This document shows, piece by piece, positions 19,827 to 29,743 of a DNA stretch of 64,000 nt. Under the pieces are notes generated by a model. It was not told where the DNA came from. It made no database searches and saw nothing but the letters and a program-made list of their open reading frames with translations. The position numbers were made by a program, and so were the translations under genes. Location of the stretch: positions 56,542-120,541 of the forward strand of contig NZ_JASLAW010000246.1 in the NCBI RefSeq assembly GCF_030147005.1. Direction: 5' to 3'. The stretch's first letter is position 1. Each line of letters begins with the position of its first letter. Source of the stretch: Pseudomonas sp. GTDB lineage: Bacteria > Pseudomonadota > Gammaproteobacteria > Pseudomonadales > Pseudomonadaceae.

Positions 19827-20193
19827 ATGAGCGAATCGACATTCAAACCCGAGGGCATGCCGATCCTCGACCTGGATACATCCGGTACCAGCGCCTACGA
19901 AGCTTCACGCTTCCTCGACGACCCGGCGGCTATCAGCGCCTGTCTTGCGCACAGCATCAAGTTCAGGGGGCCGCACATCTGATGAAGGCCCTTGCCGAGG
20001 TCGCCAAGGCTCAGGGTGTAAACAAGGTGGCGGAGGCTGCGGGGATTAATCGCGAGAGCCTTTATAAAACGGTGAAAGGCGGCTCTAAGACGCGCTACGA
20101 AACGGTCCAGAGTTGATGTTGGCGTTGGGGGTTGAGCTGACCGTGCAGCCAATTCCCAGCCAGAAAGCGCCTGGCGCGACCGTGGGTAAATAA
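19827..20193 (+). pseudogene. Addiction-module antidote (HTH antitoxin), frameshifted
   Basis: Three segments in different frames: MSESTFKPE...YEASRFLDDP, then LMKALAEVAKAQGVNKVAEAAGINRESLYKTVKGGSKTRYETVQ, then LMLALGVELTVQP...GK*. Confidence 0.75.
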
Positions 20194-20272
20194 ACGAGCG
20201 TCATACTCAAAACGGTGCGGGTCACATGGAGGGCTCGACAGCCCCCATATCGACCCGCTTGGCCCTGAAGCC

Positions 20273-21598
20273 TTACCGCACCAGGCAAGGTTGCTTGTTG
20301 TTGAAGCGCCAACCCGGCATGAGGAACTGCATCGCCACGCTGTCATCCCGCGCGCCCAGTCCCATGCCTTTGTACAGCTCGTGGGCCTTGGCCACGGCAT
20401 CCATGTCGATATCCACGCCAAGGCCAGGTTTGGCCGGTACCTTCACGTAGCCGCCTTCAATCGTCAGCGGCGCTTTGGTCAGGCGCTGGCCGTCCTGCCA
20501 GATCCAGTGGGTGTCGATGGCGGTGATTTCACCCGGCGCGGCTGCCGCTACCTGAGTGAACATCGCCAGGGAAATATCGAAGTGGTTGTTGGAGTGCGAG
20601 CCCCAGGTCAGGCCCCAGTCATTGCACATCTGCGCCACGCGCACGGAGCCTTGCATCGTCCAGAAGTGCGGGTCGGCCAGTGGGATGTCCACCGATTGCA
20701 ACTGGATGGCGTGGCCCATTTCGCGCCAGTCGGTGGCGATCATGTTGGTGGCGGTTTTAAGGCCGGTGGCGCGGCGGAACTCAGCCATGACTTCGCGGCC
20801 CGAGTAGCCGTTTTCGGCGCCGCACGGGTCTTCGGCGTAGGCCAGTACGTGATGTTGGTCGCGGCACAGGCGGATAGCTTCCTTGAGTGACCAGGCGCCG
20901 TTCGGGTCAAGGGTGATGCGCGCATCCGGGAAGCGCTCGGCCAGGGCCGTCACGGCTTCGATTTCCTCATCACCCCTCAGTACGCCGCCTTTGAGCTTGA
21001 AGTCGTTGAAGCCATATCGAGCTTTGGCGGCTTCGGCCAGGCGCACCACGGCGTCCGCGGTCAGGGCTTTTTCATGGCGCAGGCGCAACCAGTCGTCATC
21101 GGCGTCGGCCTCGTTGCGATAGGCCAGGTCGGTGGCCGTGCGATCACCCACATAGAACAGGTAGCCGAGCATTTTTACCGCGTCACGCTGTTGGCCTTCG
21201 CCGAGCAAGGCGGCCACCGGCACTTCCAGAAATTGACCCAGCAGGTCGAGCAAGGCGGCTTCCATGGCGGTGACGGCATGAATGGTGATGCGCAGGTCAA
21301 AGGTTTGCAGGCCACGGCCGCCGGCATCGCGAGCGGCGAAGGCAGTGCGCATCTGGTTCAGGATGCGCTGGTAGTGGCCGATCGGTTGGCCGATCACCAG
21401 GCTGCGCGCCTCTTCCAGGGTTTCGCGAATGCGTTCGCCGCCGGGCACTTCACCCACGCCGGTGTTGCCGCAGCTGTCCTTGAGAATCACGATATTGCGG
21501 GTAAAAAACGGCCCGTGGGCGCCGCTCAGATTTAACAGCATGCTGTCGTGGCCGGCGACGGGGATGACTTGGAAATGGGTAACGACGGGAGTGTTCAT
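20273..21598 (-). CDS. gudD: D-glucarate dehydratase (enolase superfamily)
   Basis: [63 protein letters not shown]. Confidence 0.95.
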   Translation of the reverse strand: MNTPVVTHFQVIPVAGHDSMLLNLSGAHGPFFTRNIVILKDSCGNTGVGEVPGGERIRETLEEARSLVIGQPIGHYQRILNQMRTAFAARDAGGRGLQTFDLRITIHAVTAMEAALLDLLGQFLEVPVAALLGEGQQRDAVKMLGYLFYVGDRTATDLAYRNEADADDDWLRLRHEKALTADAVVRLAEAAKARYGFNDFKLKGGVLRGDEEIEAVTALAERFPDARITLDPNGAWSLKEAIRLCRDQHHVLAYAEDPCGAENGYSGREVMAEFRRATGLKTATNMIATDWREMGHAIQLQSVDIPLADPHFWTMQGSVRVAQMCNDWGLTWGSHSNNHFDISLAMFTQVAAAAPGEITAIDTHWIWQDGQRLTKAPLTIEGGYVKVPAKPGLGVDIDMDAVAKAHELYKGMGLGARDDSVAMQFLMPGWRFNNKQPCLVR

Positions 21599-21616
21599 GG
21601 CAAGGTCCTGATGAGC

Positions 21617-22978
21617 TTAAAGAGGTTTGCTGATGGCGCCGCTCGCGGGCGCGGCGCCAGGCGAAGTCAGTGCGGCAGCGGGCGAAGTCCTGGCAAAGAA
21701 CACCAGGATCGCCGCCAGCACCGAGGTGCCCGCCAGGGCGTAGAGGCCGCCCTGGATCGATCCGGTGGTTTGCTCCAGGAAGCCAAACGTGGTCGGTGCT
21801 ACAAAACCGCCGAGGTTACCGATGGAATTGATCAGCGCGATCACGGCGGCGGCGATGCGCGCATCCAGATAGCCTTGGGGAATCGGCCAGAACAGCGAGG
21901 AGGCGGACTTGAAGCCGATCGCCGCAAAGCAGATCGCGACAAAGGCGAAGACCGGCCCGCCGGTAGTGGACATGAACATCCCGGCAGCGGCAATCAACAG
22001 CGCGGCGGCAACCCAGGCTTGCTGGAACTTGAACTTGCCCGACAGCGAGGCGAAGGCGTACATGGCGATGATCGAGATCAGCCACGGGATCGAGTTGAAG
22101 AAGCCGACCTGCACGTCAGTCAGGTCACCCATTTTCTTGATGATGCTCGGCAGCCAGAAGGTAGCGGCGTAAATGGTCAACTGGATGCAGAAGTACAAGG
22201 CGCAGAACAGCACGATTTGCCGGTCCTTGAGCAGCTTGCCGAGGGTGGGTTTGGCCGTGGTCAGCGCTTCACGCTCGCGCTGCTCCTGGTCGATGGCGCC
22301 CACCAGCGCGTCCTGCTCTTCGCGGGTCAGCCATTTGGCGTCGTGGGGTTTGGAGTCCAGCCAGAACCAGACAAAAAACGCCAGGGCCACGGAGGCGAGG
22401 CCTTCGAGGGCGAACATCCATTGCCAGCCGTGGAACCCGAACCCTTCGATCTGCAACAGTACCCCCGACAACGGGCCGGAGATAAGCGACGCGACCGCCG
22501 AGCCGCTGAGGAAAATCGCAATGGCTTTGCCACGCTCGACGCCGGGCAACCAGCGGGTGAAGTAATAGATCACCCCAGGGAAAAACCCGGCCTCGGCCAC
22601 ACCCAGCAGAAAGCGCAGGATATAGAACTGGGTTTCGTTCTGGATGAAGGCCATCAACGTGGCGACGATGCCCCAGGTGAACATGATGCGCGTCAGCCAG
22701 ATGCGTGCGCCGACCTTCTGCAGCAGCATGTTGGAAGGCACTTCGAAGAGCGCATAACCGATGAAGAACAGCCCGGCACCCAGGCCGTAGGCCGCTGCGC
22801 CGATACCCAAATCATGCTCCATGTGCGTGCGCACGAAGCCGATATTGACGCGGTCGATGTAGTTGAGGATGAACATGATCACGAACAGTGGGAGCACATG
22901 GCCCTTCACTTTGCTCACGGCGCGTGTGAGTACCGAATCATCTTTTGGAGCGGCAGATGCATGGCTTGAATTGTTCAC
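21617..22978 (-). CDS. MFS transporter (ACS family), probable hexarate permease
   Basis: NYIDRVNIGF, FEVPSN, GVAEAGFFPG; co-oriented upstream of gudD. Confidence 0.85.
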   Translation of the reverse strand: MNNSSHASAAPKDDSVLTRAVSKVKGHVLPLFVIMFILNYIDRVNIGFVRTHMEHDLGIGAAAYGLGAGLFFIGYALFEVPSNMLLQKVGARIWLTRIMFTWGIVATLMAFIQNETQFYILRFLLGVAEAGFFPGVIYYFTRWLPGVERGKAIAIFLSGSAVASLISGPLSGVLLQIEGFGFHGWQWMFALEGLASVALAFFVWFWLDSKPHDAKWLTREEQDALVGAIDQEQREREALTTAKPTLGKLLKDRQIVLFCALYFCIQLTIYAATFWLPSIIKKMGDLTDVQVGFFNSIPWLISIIAMYAFASLSGKFKFQQAWVAAALLIAAAGMFMSTTGGPVFAFVAICFAAIGFKSASSLFWPIPQGYLDARIAAAVIALINSIGNLGGFVAPTTFGFLEQTTGSIQGGLYALAGTSVLAAILVFFARTSPAAALTSPGAAPASGAISKPL

Positions 22979-23036
22979 AATTCAAAACTCCCCCTGATTT
23001 ATTTTTGTGCGGGTTTGTGTGTCCTGTTGATAGACA

Positions 23037-23247
23037 TCATACAAGTGGGTTTTCGGCATTCGCAATGCGGCGGTGAGTATTTTGTTCTTATAAGACGGCG
23101 TGAAATTAGCTTTTTTGGTTATTTGCGCCGCTTTTATTGAGGTTTAGGCTGATTTTTTTCAGCCGTTTCAGGCCTGTTTTCATCCGGGCGCGAATAACAG
23201 AGCTTAACGTGAGACGAGTCATACAGATTGGTTGTCATACAAGTGGG
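23037..23247. promoter_or_regulatory. Candidate FadR/GntR operators between the divergent transporter and regulator
   Basis: Perfect 13-bp direct repeat TCATACAAGTGGG at 23037 and 23235, plus GTCATACAG at 23218. Confidence 0.55.
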
Positions 23248-23323
23248 GTTTTTAACGCGCAAGCAATGTGTACTCCCGACAGGGTGTTAAGCTGCCCTCA
23301 GCCCAACCCATGGACCCGTAGCC

Positions 23324-24034
23324 ATGCCCATTGAAAGCGGAACTCTTGTGCGCAAACGTTCGAATAATCTGGCCCAAGGCGTGGTCGAGGCGCTGACCCA
23401 GCGCATCCTGCTCGGGCAACTCAAACCCGGTGAAAAGCTGCCTTCGGAATCCACCATCGTGTTGGAGCACGGCGTGAGCCGCACGGTGGTGCGCGAGGCG
23501 ATTTCCAAGCTGCAGGCCTCCGGGCTGGTGGAAACGCGCCACGGCATCGGCACCTTTGTGCTGGAGCAACAGGCCCAACAAGGTTTGCGCTTGCATGTGG
23601 ACACGGTCGCCAGCGTGCGTAACATGCTCGAGCTGCGCCTGGGCCTGGAGGTGCAGGCCGTGGCGCTGGCTGCGTTGCGCAGGCATGACGAACAGCTCGC
23701 ACGCATGCGCGAGGCGCTGGACGATTACCAGGCTTCGCTCGCCAACAACGACAGCTGCGTGGAAGAGGACAAACGCTTTCATCAACTGATCGCCGAAGCC
23801 ACCGGCAATACCTTCTTCACGGAAATCATGCTGCACCTGGGCAATGCGATGATCCCACGCACTCAGGTGCTGGGCGCCGAACGCGGCGGTGCCGACTTTG
23901 CCAGGCTGGGGCAGTTGGCGAACCTGGAGCATGAGGCGATCTTTAATGCAATCAAGCGCCAGGACCCGGACGCGGCACGTGCCGCCATGGTGCTGCACCT
24001 GACCAACAGCCGGGACCGGTTTTCCGGGGAATGA
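23324..24034 (+). CDS. FadR/GntR-family regulator
   Basis: LKPGEKLPSE...GVSRTVVREA...GIGTFV wHTH plus FCD domain. Confidence 0.9.
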   Translation: MPIESGTLVRKRSNNLAQGVVEALTQRILLGQLKPGEKLPSESTIVLEHGVSRTVVREAISKLQASGLVETRHGIGTFVLEQQAQQGLRLHVDTVASVRNMLELRLGLEVQAVALAALRRHDEQLARMREALDDYQASLANNDSCVEEDKRFHQLIAEATGNTFFTEIMLHLGNAMIPRTQVLGAERGGADFARLGQLANLEHEAIFNAIKRQDPDAARAAMVLHLTNSRDRFSGE

Positions 24035-24047
24035 CAAGGAACCACCG

Positions 24048-24743
24048 TTGAACGAACACACCTTGTCCATGCGCCTTGAGCGCGTGGCAGCGAACGTACA
24101 GAACGGCGCGCGCCTGGCCGATATCGGCTCGGACCACGGCTACCTGCCGGTGGCGCTGATGCGCCGTGGCGTGATCACCGCGGCGGTGGCGGGGGAGGTG
24201 GCCACCACGCCGTTTCAGGCGGCCCAGCGCACCGTGCGCGACAATAGCCTGCAGGCGCACATTAGCGTGCGCCTGGCCAATGGTCTGGCGGCGATTGAAC
24301 CTGGGGACGGGATCACCGCAGTCAGCCTTTGCGGCATGGGCGGCGAGACGATTCGCGACATTCTCGACAGCGGCAAGGGCCACTTGAGCGGCCGCGAACG
24401 CCTGGTCCTGCAACCCAACGGCGGCGAGCAACCGTTGCGCCTGTGGCTGATGAACAACGGTTACCGCATCCTTCACGAAGAGCTGCTGCGGGAAAACCGT
24501 TTTTACTACGAGATCATCGTTGCCGAACGCACGGAGCCTGTGGCCTACACCGATGAAGAGCTGTATTTCGGCCCGCTGCAAATGCAATCACGCAGCCCGC
24601 AGTTCCTGGCCAAGTGGCAGCGCATGCTGCGCCAGAAGCACAAAACCCTGAGCAGTTTTGAGCAGGCGCGGCAGGCCGTTGCGCAGGAGAAGGTGCAGGA
24701 GGTTGCCCGGCACGCTCGCTGGATTGCACAGTTGCTCGATTGA
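24048..24743 (+). CDS. trmK: tRNA (adenine(22)-N1)-methyltransferase TrmK
   Basis: LSMRLERVA, LADIGSDHGYLP, GMGGETI, LVLQPN, YYEIIVAE; TTG start. Confidence 0.85.
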   Translation: MNEHTLSMRLERVAANVQNGARLADIGSDHGYLPVALMRRGVITAAVAGEVATTPFQAAQRTVRDNSLQAHISVRLANGLAAIEPGDGITAVSLCGMGGETIRDILDSGKGHLSGRERLVLQPNGGEQPLRLWLMNNGYRILHEELLRENRFYYEIIVAERTEPVAYTDEELYFGPLQMQSRSPQFLAKWQRMLRQKHKTLSSFEQARQAVAQEKVQEVARHARWIAQLLD

Positions 24744-24886
24744 CTGCACCGCACCCGGCCCGTGCGCACGCGAATGAAACCACCGGTTACCGTTTCACTC
24801 TGCACACTGGGGCCTTTTGCCCCATTTTCGCGCACCCCAGCGTACGCCCGCCCCGCCAGCCCGCCAGTTTGTGGCCCTTGCCCTTA

Positions 24887-24901
24887 CGGCCCGTATCTTG
24901 C
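24887..24901 (+). promoter_or_regulatory. Putative sigma54 promoter for the MCP gene
   Basis: CGGCCC-GTATC-TTGC, about 75 bp upstream of the start. Confidence 0.45.
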
Positions 24902-24974
24902 TAGAGCCAGACTAATCAATGACATGGCATTTTGCTTCTAGTCATTTTCAGGTTGTTTTAGAGAGCGCTCGGCC

Positions 24975-27032
24975 ATGCACAGTCTTCTATCACCCGGTAT
25001 CCGTCTGCTCGGCCGTTTCGGCTTTGCGCGCAAGTTCCAGATTCTGTTTTTCCTGTTCATGCTGCCCCTGGCCGGGAGCCTCTGGTTGATCGGCGCTGAC
25101 TATCGCGACAAGCTGACCGTGATTTCCAGCGAGCAGTCCGGTGTTCAGCAACTGCTTGCCCTGGAAGCGCTGGATAGCCAATTGACCGCGCAACGCAACC
25201 TGGCCGCTCGCTGGAAAGCCCTGGATATTCTGCATGCCCCAACGCCTGCGGCACGCACTGCCATGGACAAGGTGGATGCCGGCAACCCGGCGATTGTGCA
25301 GAGCCTGCAAGCCCTGGGCGATGCCCTCACAGCCCACAACGCCAGCGCCGACACCCGTGCGCGTTTCGAGGCGTTGCAGGCGAGCGTCAAGGGCATGGAT
25401 ACCCAGTCCCTGCGCACGGTGGGGTGGTGGCCGGACGGCTACGACCGGTTCACCGCCGCGCTGACTGCGCTGCAAACACTGCGCGAGCAAATCACCCTCG
25501 ACAATGGCCTGATCCTCGACCCGTGGCTGGAAACCTTCCTGCTGATGCAGATTTCCACCCAACACACGCCGGACCTGATCGAGCGCATCGGCCGTACCGC
25601 CAGCGTGGGGCAGTCATCCATTGCGTCTGGGCAGTTCACCTTGCAAAGCCGCTTGCAGATGCGCGACCTGCGCGGCCGCATCGGCGATGCGCGAGACCAG
25701 CTGGTCAAGGCTGCCGCGTCGCTCAAAGCCAAGCAATACCCAGGAATCGAGCCGTGGACCGCGCAATACGACAGCAGCCTGCAACTGCTCGATAACGAAC
25801 TCAAGGCCTTGGACGACGGTGTGTTTGGCGGCACCATCAAGCTCGACACCGCAGCTTTCGACCGCAGTATCGACAGCATGCTCGGCGCGTTGGGTGCGTT
25901 GCGCAGCCAGTCGCTGAACTCATTGAATAATCGCCTGAGCGACTACCGCGACCGTTCGCTCAAACAGTTTATTCCCGTGGCGGCGACGTTCAGCCTGCTC
26001 GCCCTGGCGGCGCTGTACCTGTTCATTTGCCTGCAAGCCTCGATCCGCCGCAGCACCGAGGGCATCAACACGCTCGCCGAATCCCTGCGCGACGGCAACC
26101 TGTGCGTGGAGGTGGCCGTTGAAGGGCGTGATGAACTGGCAGCGATCAGCAGGGCGCTCAACGTTGCTGTCGTGCAATTGCGCGCCAGCCTGCTGGGGGT
26201 CAATCATGAAACCCAACAGCTGGGCTCGGCGGTGCGCACGCTCAACGCGCAATCGGGCAGTACCCTCACCGAAGTCGAAGACCAGCAACACCAGATCAGC
26301 CAGATTGCCGCCGCCGCCACTCAATTGGCCGCCACGTCGATGGGCGTCGCCAAAAGCTGCGAACAGGCCTCGGGCAGCGCGCAGCACACCCGGCGCATCG
26401 CCGAAGACAGCAGCCGCGACAGCCAGCGCACCACGGCCAGCATTCAGCAACTCAACCAGCGCCTGACCGACACCGCCAACGCCCTGGAGCAAGTCAGCCA
26501 GCAGGGCCAGCAGATCCAGTCGGTGGTCGATACCATTCGCGGCATCGCCGAACAGACCAACCTGCTGGCGCTCAACGCCGCCATCGAAGCCGCCCGCGCA
26601 GGCGAACAGGGCCGGGGGTTTGCCGTGGTGGCCGATGAAGTGCGCAGCCTGTCGCAACGCACTCAAGCCTCGACGGCGCAGATCGCCGACACCGTGGACA
26701 GCCTGCGCGCCACGGTCAGCCAGGCCGTCACATTGATGGGCGCCGCTTGCGATCAGGCGCTGAGCGACGCCGAGTCCGTCACCGGCCTGGGCGCACGCTT
26801 GGGCGAGATCGCCGGCGCGGTGCAAAACGTCACCGACACCCTGACGCACATTGCGGCGGCCGTGGAGGAGCAAGCCGCGACCGCAGATGAGGTCAGCGGC
26901 AATATCCAGCAAGTGGATCAGGCTGCGGGGCGCTTGCTGGAAGGCGCACGGGCGGTAAACCAGGCCGCCGATACCTTGAGTAAAGGCAGCCAGGCGTTGA
27001 GTGACAATACGGCGCGGTTCCGCTTGAGCTGA
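24975..27032 (+). CDS. Methyl-accepting chemotaxis protein
   Basis: Two TMs, large periplasmic domain, [38 protein letters not shown]. Confidence 0.95.
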   Translation: MHSLLSPGIRLLGRFGFARKFQILFFLFMLPLAGSLWLIGADYRDKLTVISSEQSGVQQLLALEALDSQLTAQRNLAARWKALDILHAPTPAARTAMDKVDAGNPAIVQSLQALGDALTAHNASADTRARFEALQASVKGMDTQSLRTVGWWPDGYDRFTAALTALQTLREQITLDNGLILDPWLETFLLMQISTQHTPDLIERIGRTASVGQSSIASGQFTLQSRLQMRDLRGRIGDARDQLVKAAASLKAKQYPGIEPWTAQYDSSLQLLDNELKALDDGVFGGTIKLDTAAFDRSIDSMLGALGALRSQSLNSLNNRLSDYRDRSLKQFIPVAATFSLLALAALYLFICLQASIRRSTEGINTLAESLRDGNLCVEVAVEGRDELAAISRALNVAVVQLRASLLGVNHETQQLGSAVRTLNAQSGSTLTEVEDQQHQISQIAAAATQLAATSMGVAKSCEQASGSAQHTRRIAEDSSRDSQRTTASIQQLNQRLTDTANALEQVSQQGQQIQSVVDTIRGIAEQTNLLALNAAIEAARAGEQGRGFAVVADEVRSLSQRTQASTAQIADTVDSLRATVSQAVTLMGAACDQALSDAESVTGLGARLGEIAGAVQNVTDTLTHIAAAVEEQAATADEVSGNIQQVDQAAGRLLEGARAVNQAADTLSKGSQALSDNTARFRLS

Positions 27033-27175
27033 GGCGGAGGCCACCTACGCGCGCGCGCAGGGGGGGGGGCGGGTTTTGGGTGAATACGGCCGCCACTTGA
27101 GTAAGACAACCCGAACGCTTCGGCGACGGTGTAGTCTTTCGTTATGCAAACCCATGTCTATTCAGCGGAGCGCCC

Positions 27176-27802
27176 ATGATCACTGTCCACCATCTCAACA
27201 ACTCGCGTTCCCAACGCATCCTCTGGCTGCTCGAAGAACTCAGCCTGCCCTATGAAATCAAGCGCTACCAACGCGACCCGAAAACCAACCTCGCGCCCGC
27301 CGAGCTCAAAGCGATTCACCCCCTGGGTAAATCGCCGGTGATCGAGGACGGTTCCCGCGTAGTGATCGAATCGGCCGCCATCATCGACTACCTGATCCGC
27401 CGCCACGGCAACGGTCAACTGCAACCTGATCCGGCCAGCGCCACCTACGACCAATACGTGCAATGGCTGCATTTCGCCGAGGGCTCGGCGATGTTGCCGC
27501 TGATGCTCAACCTCTACGTCGGGCGCCTGGGTGACGCGGGCGCACCGTTGCATCCACGCATTGAGTCGGAGCTGGCCAACTACCTCGGCTACCTGAATGA
27601 CGTGCTCGCACAAACGCCTTACCTGGTGGGTGACGAACTGACCGGCGCGGATATCCAGATGAGCTTTATCGCCGAGGTTGCCATGGCTCAGGGCAAGTTG
27701 CCGGCGTATCCGAACCTGGCGGCATGGTTGGACAAACTCCAGCAACGCCCGGCCTATCGCAAGGCGGTGGAGCAGGGCGGCGAGTACGCCTTCGCCAAGT
27801 AG
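27176..27802 (+). CDS. Glutathione S-transferase
   Basis: HHLNNSRSQRILWLLEEL, HPLGKSPVI, ESAAIIDYL. Confidence 0.9.
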   Translation: MITVHHLNNSRSQRILWLLEELSLPYEIKRYQRDPKTNLAPAELKAIHPLGKSPVIEDGSRVVIESAAIIDYLIRRHGNGQLQPDPASATYDQYVQWLHFAEGSAMLPLMLNLYVGRLGDAGAPLHPRIESELANYLGYLNDVLAQTPYLVGDELTGADIQMSFIAEVAMAQGKLPAYPNLAAWLDKLQQRPAYRKAVEQGGEYAFAK

Positions 27803-27884
27803 AGGCACTTGGAAGGGCGGAACCTTCCAGCTCGGCAGCGCTCACTTATGAGGTGGCGCTGCCTTCTGGCCGAAAGGAATCTGC

Positions 27885-29609
27885 ATGCATCCCAGCCCGA
27901 CAACCAACCCCGTAGAACGCGAACTCAGCGTGCGAGCCGTAACCACCGGCGCCTTGCTCGGTGTGCTGCTGACCCCGTCCAATGTCTACGCCGGCCTTAA
28001 GATAGGCTGGTCGTTCAACATGTCGATCATCGCCCTGCTGATTGGCTATGCCATCTGGCAGGGCCTGGCCAAACGCTCTGCCGCGTCGTTGCCGTGGACG
28101 CTGCACGAAAGCAATATCAACCAGACCGTCGCCTCGGCCGCCGCGTCGATCATTTCCGGCGGGTTGGTTGCGCCCATCCCGGCCTACACCTTGCTGACGG
28201 GCAACCAGCTGGAGGCGGTCCCGATGATCGCCTGGGTGTTTTCCGTAAGCTTCCTGGGTATCTGGATCGCATGGTACCTGCGGCCCTCATTGCTCAACGA
28301 CAAGGCGCTGAAATTTCCCGAGGGCATGGCCACCCTGGAGACCTTGCTGCATATCTACAACCACGGCCGCGAAGCCGCGACACGCTTGAAAGTGCTGCTC
28401 GGCGCCGCGTTGCTGTCGGGGCTGGTCAAGTGGGCGGATACCTTCCTGTGGGCATTCCCACGCTGGTCGCCTACGGCCCAGCTTGAACGCCTGACATTTA
28501 CCAGTGACCCGTCGCTGTTGCTGCTCGGTTTTGGCGGCATCATTGGCATCCGCGTGGGCCTGACCTTGCTGCTCGGCGCCCTGCTGGCCTGGGGTGGGCT
28601 GGGGCCATGGCTGTTGGCGCAAGGGCTTGTGAACATAGCGCCGGGCAGCAGCGGCCCGCAATTCGCCGCGATGGTGGAGTGGCTGCTGTGGCCGGGGGTG
28701 AGCCTGATGGTGTGTTCTACCCTGGCGTCTCTGGGGATTCGCTTATGGGCGTTGCACCGAACCACCCGGGCAGGCGGCGGCACGCCCTGGACGATTCCTC
28801 GGCCGGGCCCGGCGGCCGGTTTTGCCTTGGCTATCCTGCTGGTGGTGAGCCTGCAAGCGTTGCTGTTCGGTATCAACCTGTGGATGGCGCTGCTCACCAT
28901 CCCGCTGGCAATCTGCCTGGCCGCCGTGGCGGCCCGCGTGGTGGGCGCCACCGGCATTCCGCCGATTGGCGCGATTGGGCAGTTGTCCCAACTGAGTTTT
29001 GGCATCGTCGCGCCGGGGCAGGTGCCCATCAACCTGATGAGCGCCAACACGGCCGGCGGCTCGGCCGGGCAGTGCACGGACTTGATGAATGACTTCAAGG
29101 TCGGCAAGGCGATCGGCGCCACGCCTCACAAGCAGGTGATCGCGCAAATCCTGGGGATTTTTGTCGGCAGCATTGTCGGCGTATTCGCCTACCTGGCGCT
29201 GATCCCCGACCCACAGACCATGTTGCTCACCGAACAATGGCCGGCCCCGGCCGTGGCCACCTGGAAAGCCGTGGCGCAAACCCTGACCCATGGGCTGGAC
29301 TCCTTGTCGCCGAGCATTCGCTGGGCCATCGGCATCGCGGGCCTGGTCGGAATAGTGCTGGGTGGGCTCGACAGCACCTTGCCCGCGCACCGGGCCCGCT
29401 ACTTGCCCAGCGCCGCCGCATTGGGATTGGCCTTTGTATTGCCCGCCTCGGTGTCGCTGATGATGGCGCTGGGCGCGGTGATCACGTGGTGGGCGAGCTG
29501 TCGTTGGCCAAGCCTTACCGAACGTTTTGCGATTACCGCGGCGGCAGGCTTGATCGCCGGGGAGAGCATTACCGGGGTTGGGGCCTCGCTGTGGCAGATG
29601 ATCAATTAA
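27885..29609 (+). CDS. OPT-family oligopeptide/metal-chelate transporter
   Basis: NVYAGLKIG, ESNINQT, FPEG, DLMNDFKVG, PAP, GLIAGESI. Confidence 0.85.
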   Translation: MHPSPTTNPVERELSVRAVTTGALLGVLLTPSNVYAGLKIGWSFNMSIIALLIGYAIWQGLAKRSAASLPWTLHESNINQTVASAAASIISGGLVAPIPAYTLLTGNQLEAVPMIAWVFSVSFLGIWIAWYLRPSLLNDKALKFPEGMATLETLLHIYNHGREAATRLKVLLGAALLSGLVKWADTFLWAFPRWSPTAQLERLTFTSDPSLLLLGFGGIIGIRVGLTLLLGALLAWGGLGPWLLAQGLVNIAPGSSGPQFAAMVEWLLWPGVSLMVCSTLASLGIRLWALHRTTRAGGGTPWTIPRPGPAAGFALAILLVVSLQALLFGINLWMALLTIPLAICLAAVAARVVGATGIPPIGAIGQLSQLSFGIVAPGQVPINLMSANTAGGSAGQCTDLMNDFKVGKAIGATPHKQVIAQILGIFVGSIVGVFAYLALIPDPQTMLLTEQWPAPAVATWKAVAQTLTHGLDSLSPSIRWAIGIAGLVGIVLGGLDSTLPAHRARYLPSAAALGLAFVLPASVSLMMALGAVITWWASCRWPSLTERFAITAAAGLIAGESITGVGASLWQMIN

Positions 29610-29730
29610 TGGGCTGCGAACACCACGCGGCGCGTGGGCCAGAATGTCGAGATCAGACACGATGATGACGCGCTCAGGCTACTTGGGCGTTGCGCGGCGC
29701 ACTTAAGGTGAGGGGTACTGGTCGCCTGAG

Positions 29731-29743
29731 AACAACAAAAACA
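29731..29743 (+). promoter_or_regulatory. A-rich Hfq/Crc catabolite-activity motif
   Basis: AACAACAAAAACA immediately before ATG 29744. Confidence 0.5.

Noticed and set aside
27049..27070. (GC)n run and G10 tract as a phase-variation site
   Set aside because: Intergenic, after a stop codon, and not in an evident promoter spacer; no support for function.
27858..27881. GCTGCCTTCT-GGCC-GAAAGGAATC resembling the island palindromes
   Set aside because: Single weak match overlapping the OPT gene RBS, with no partner site or mobile context.
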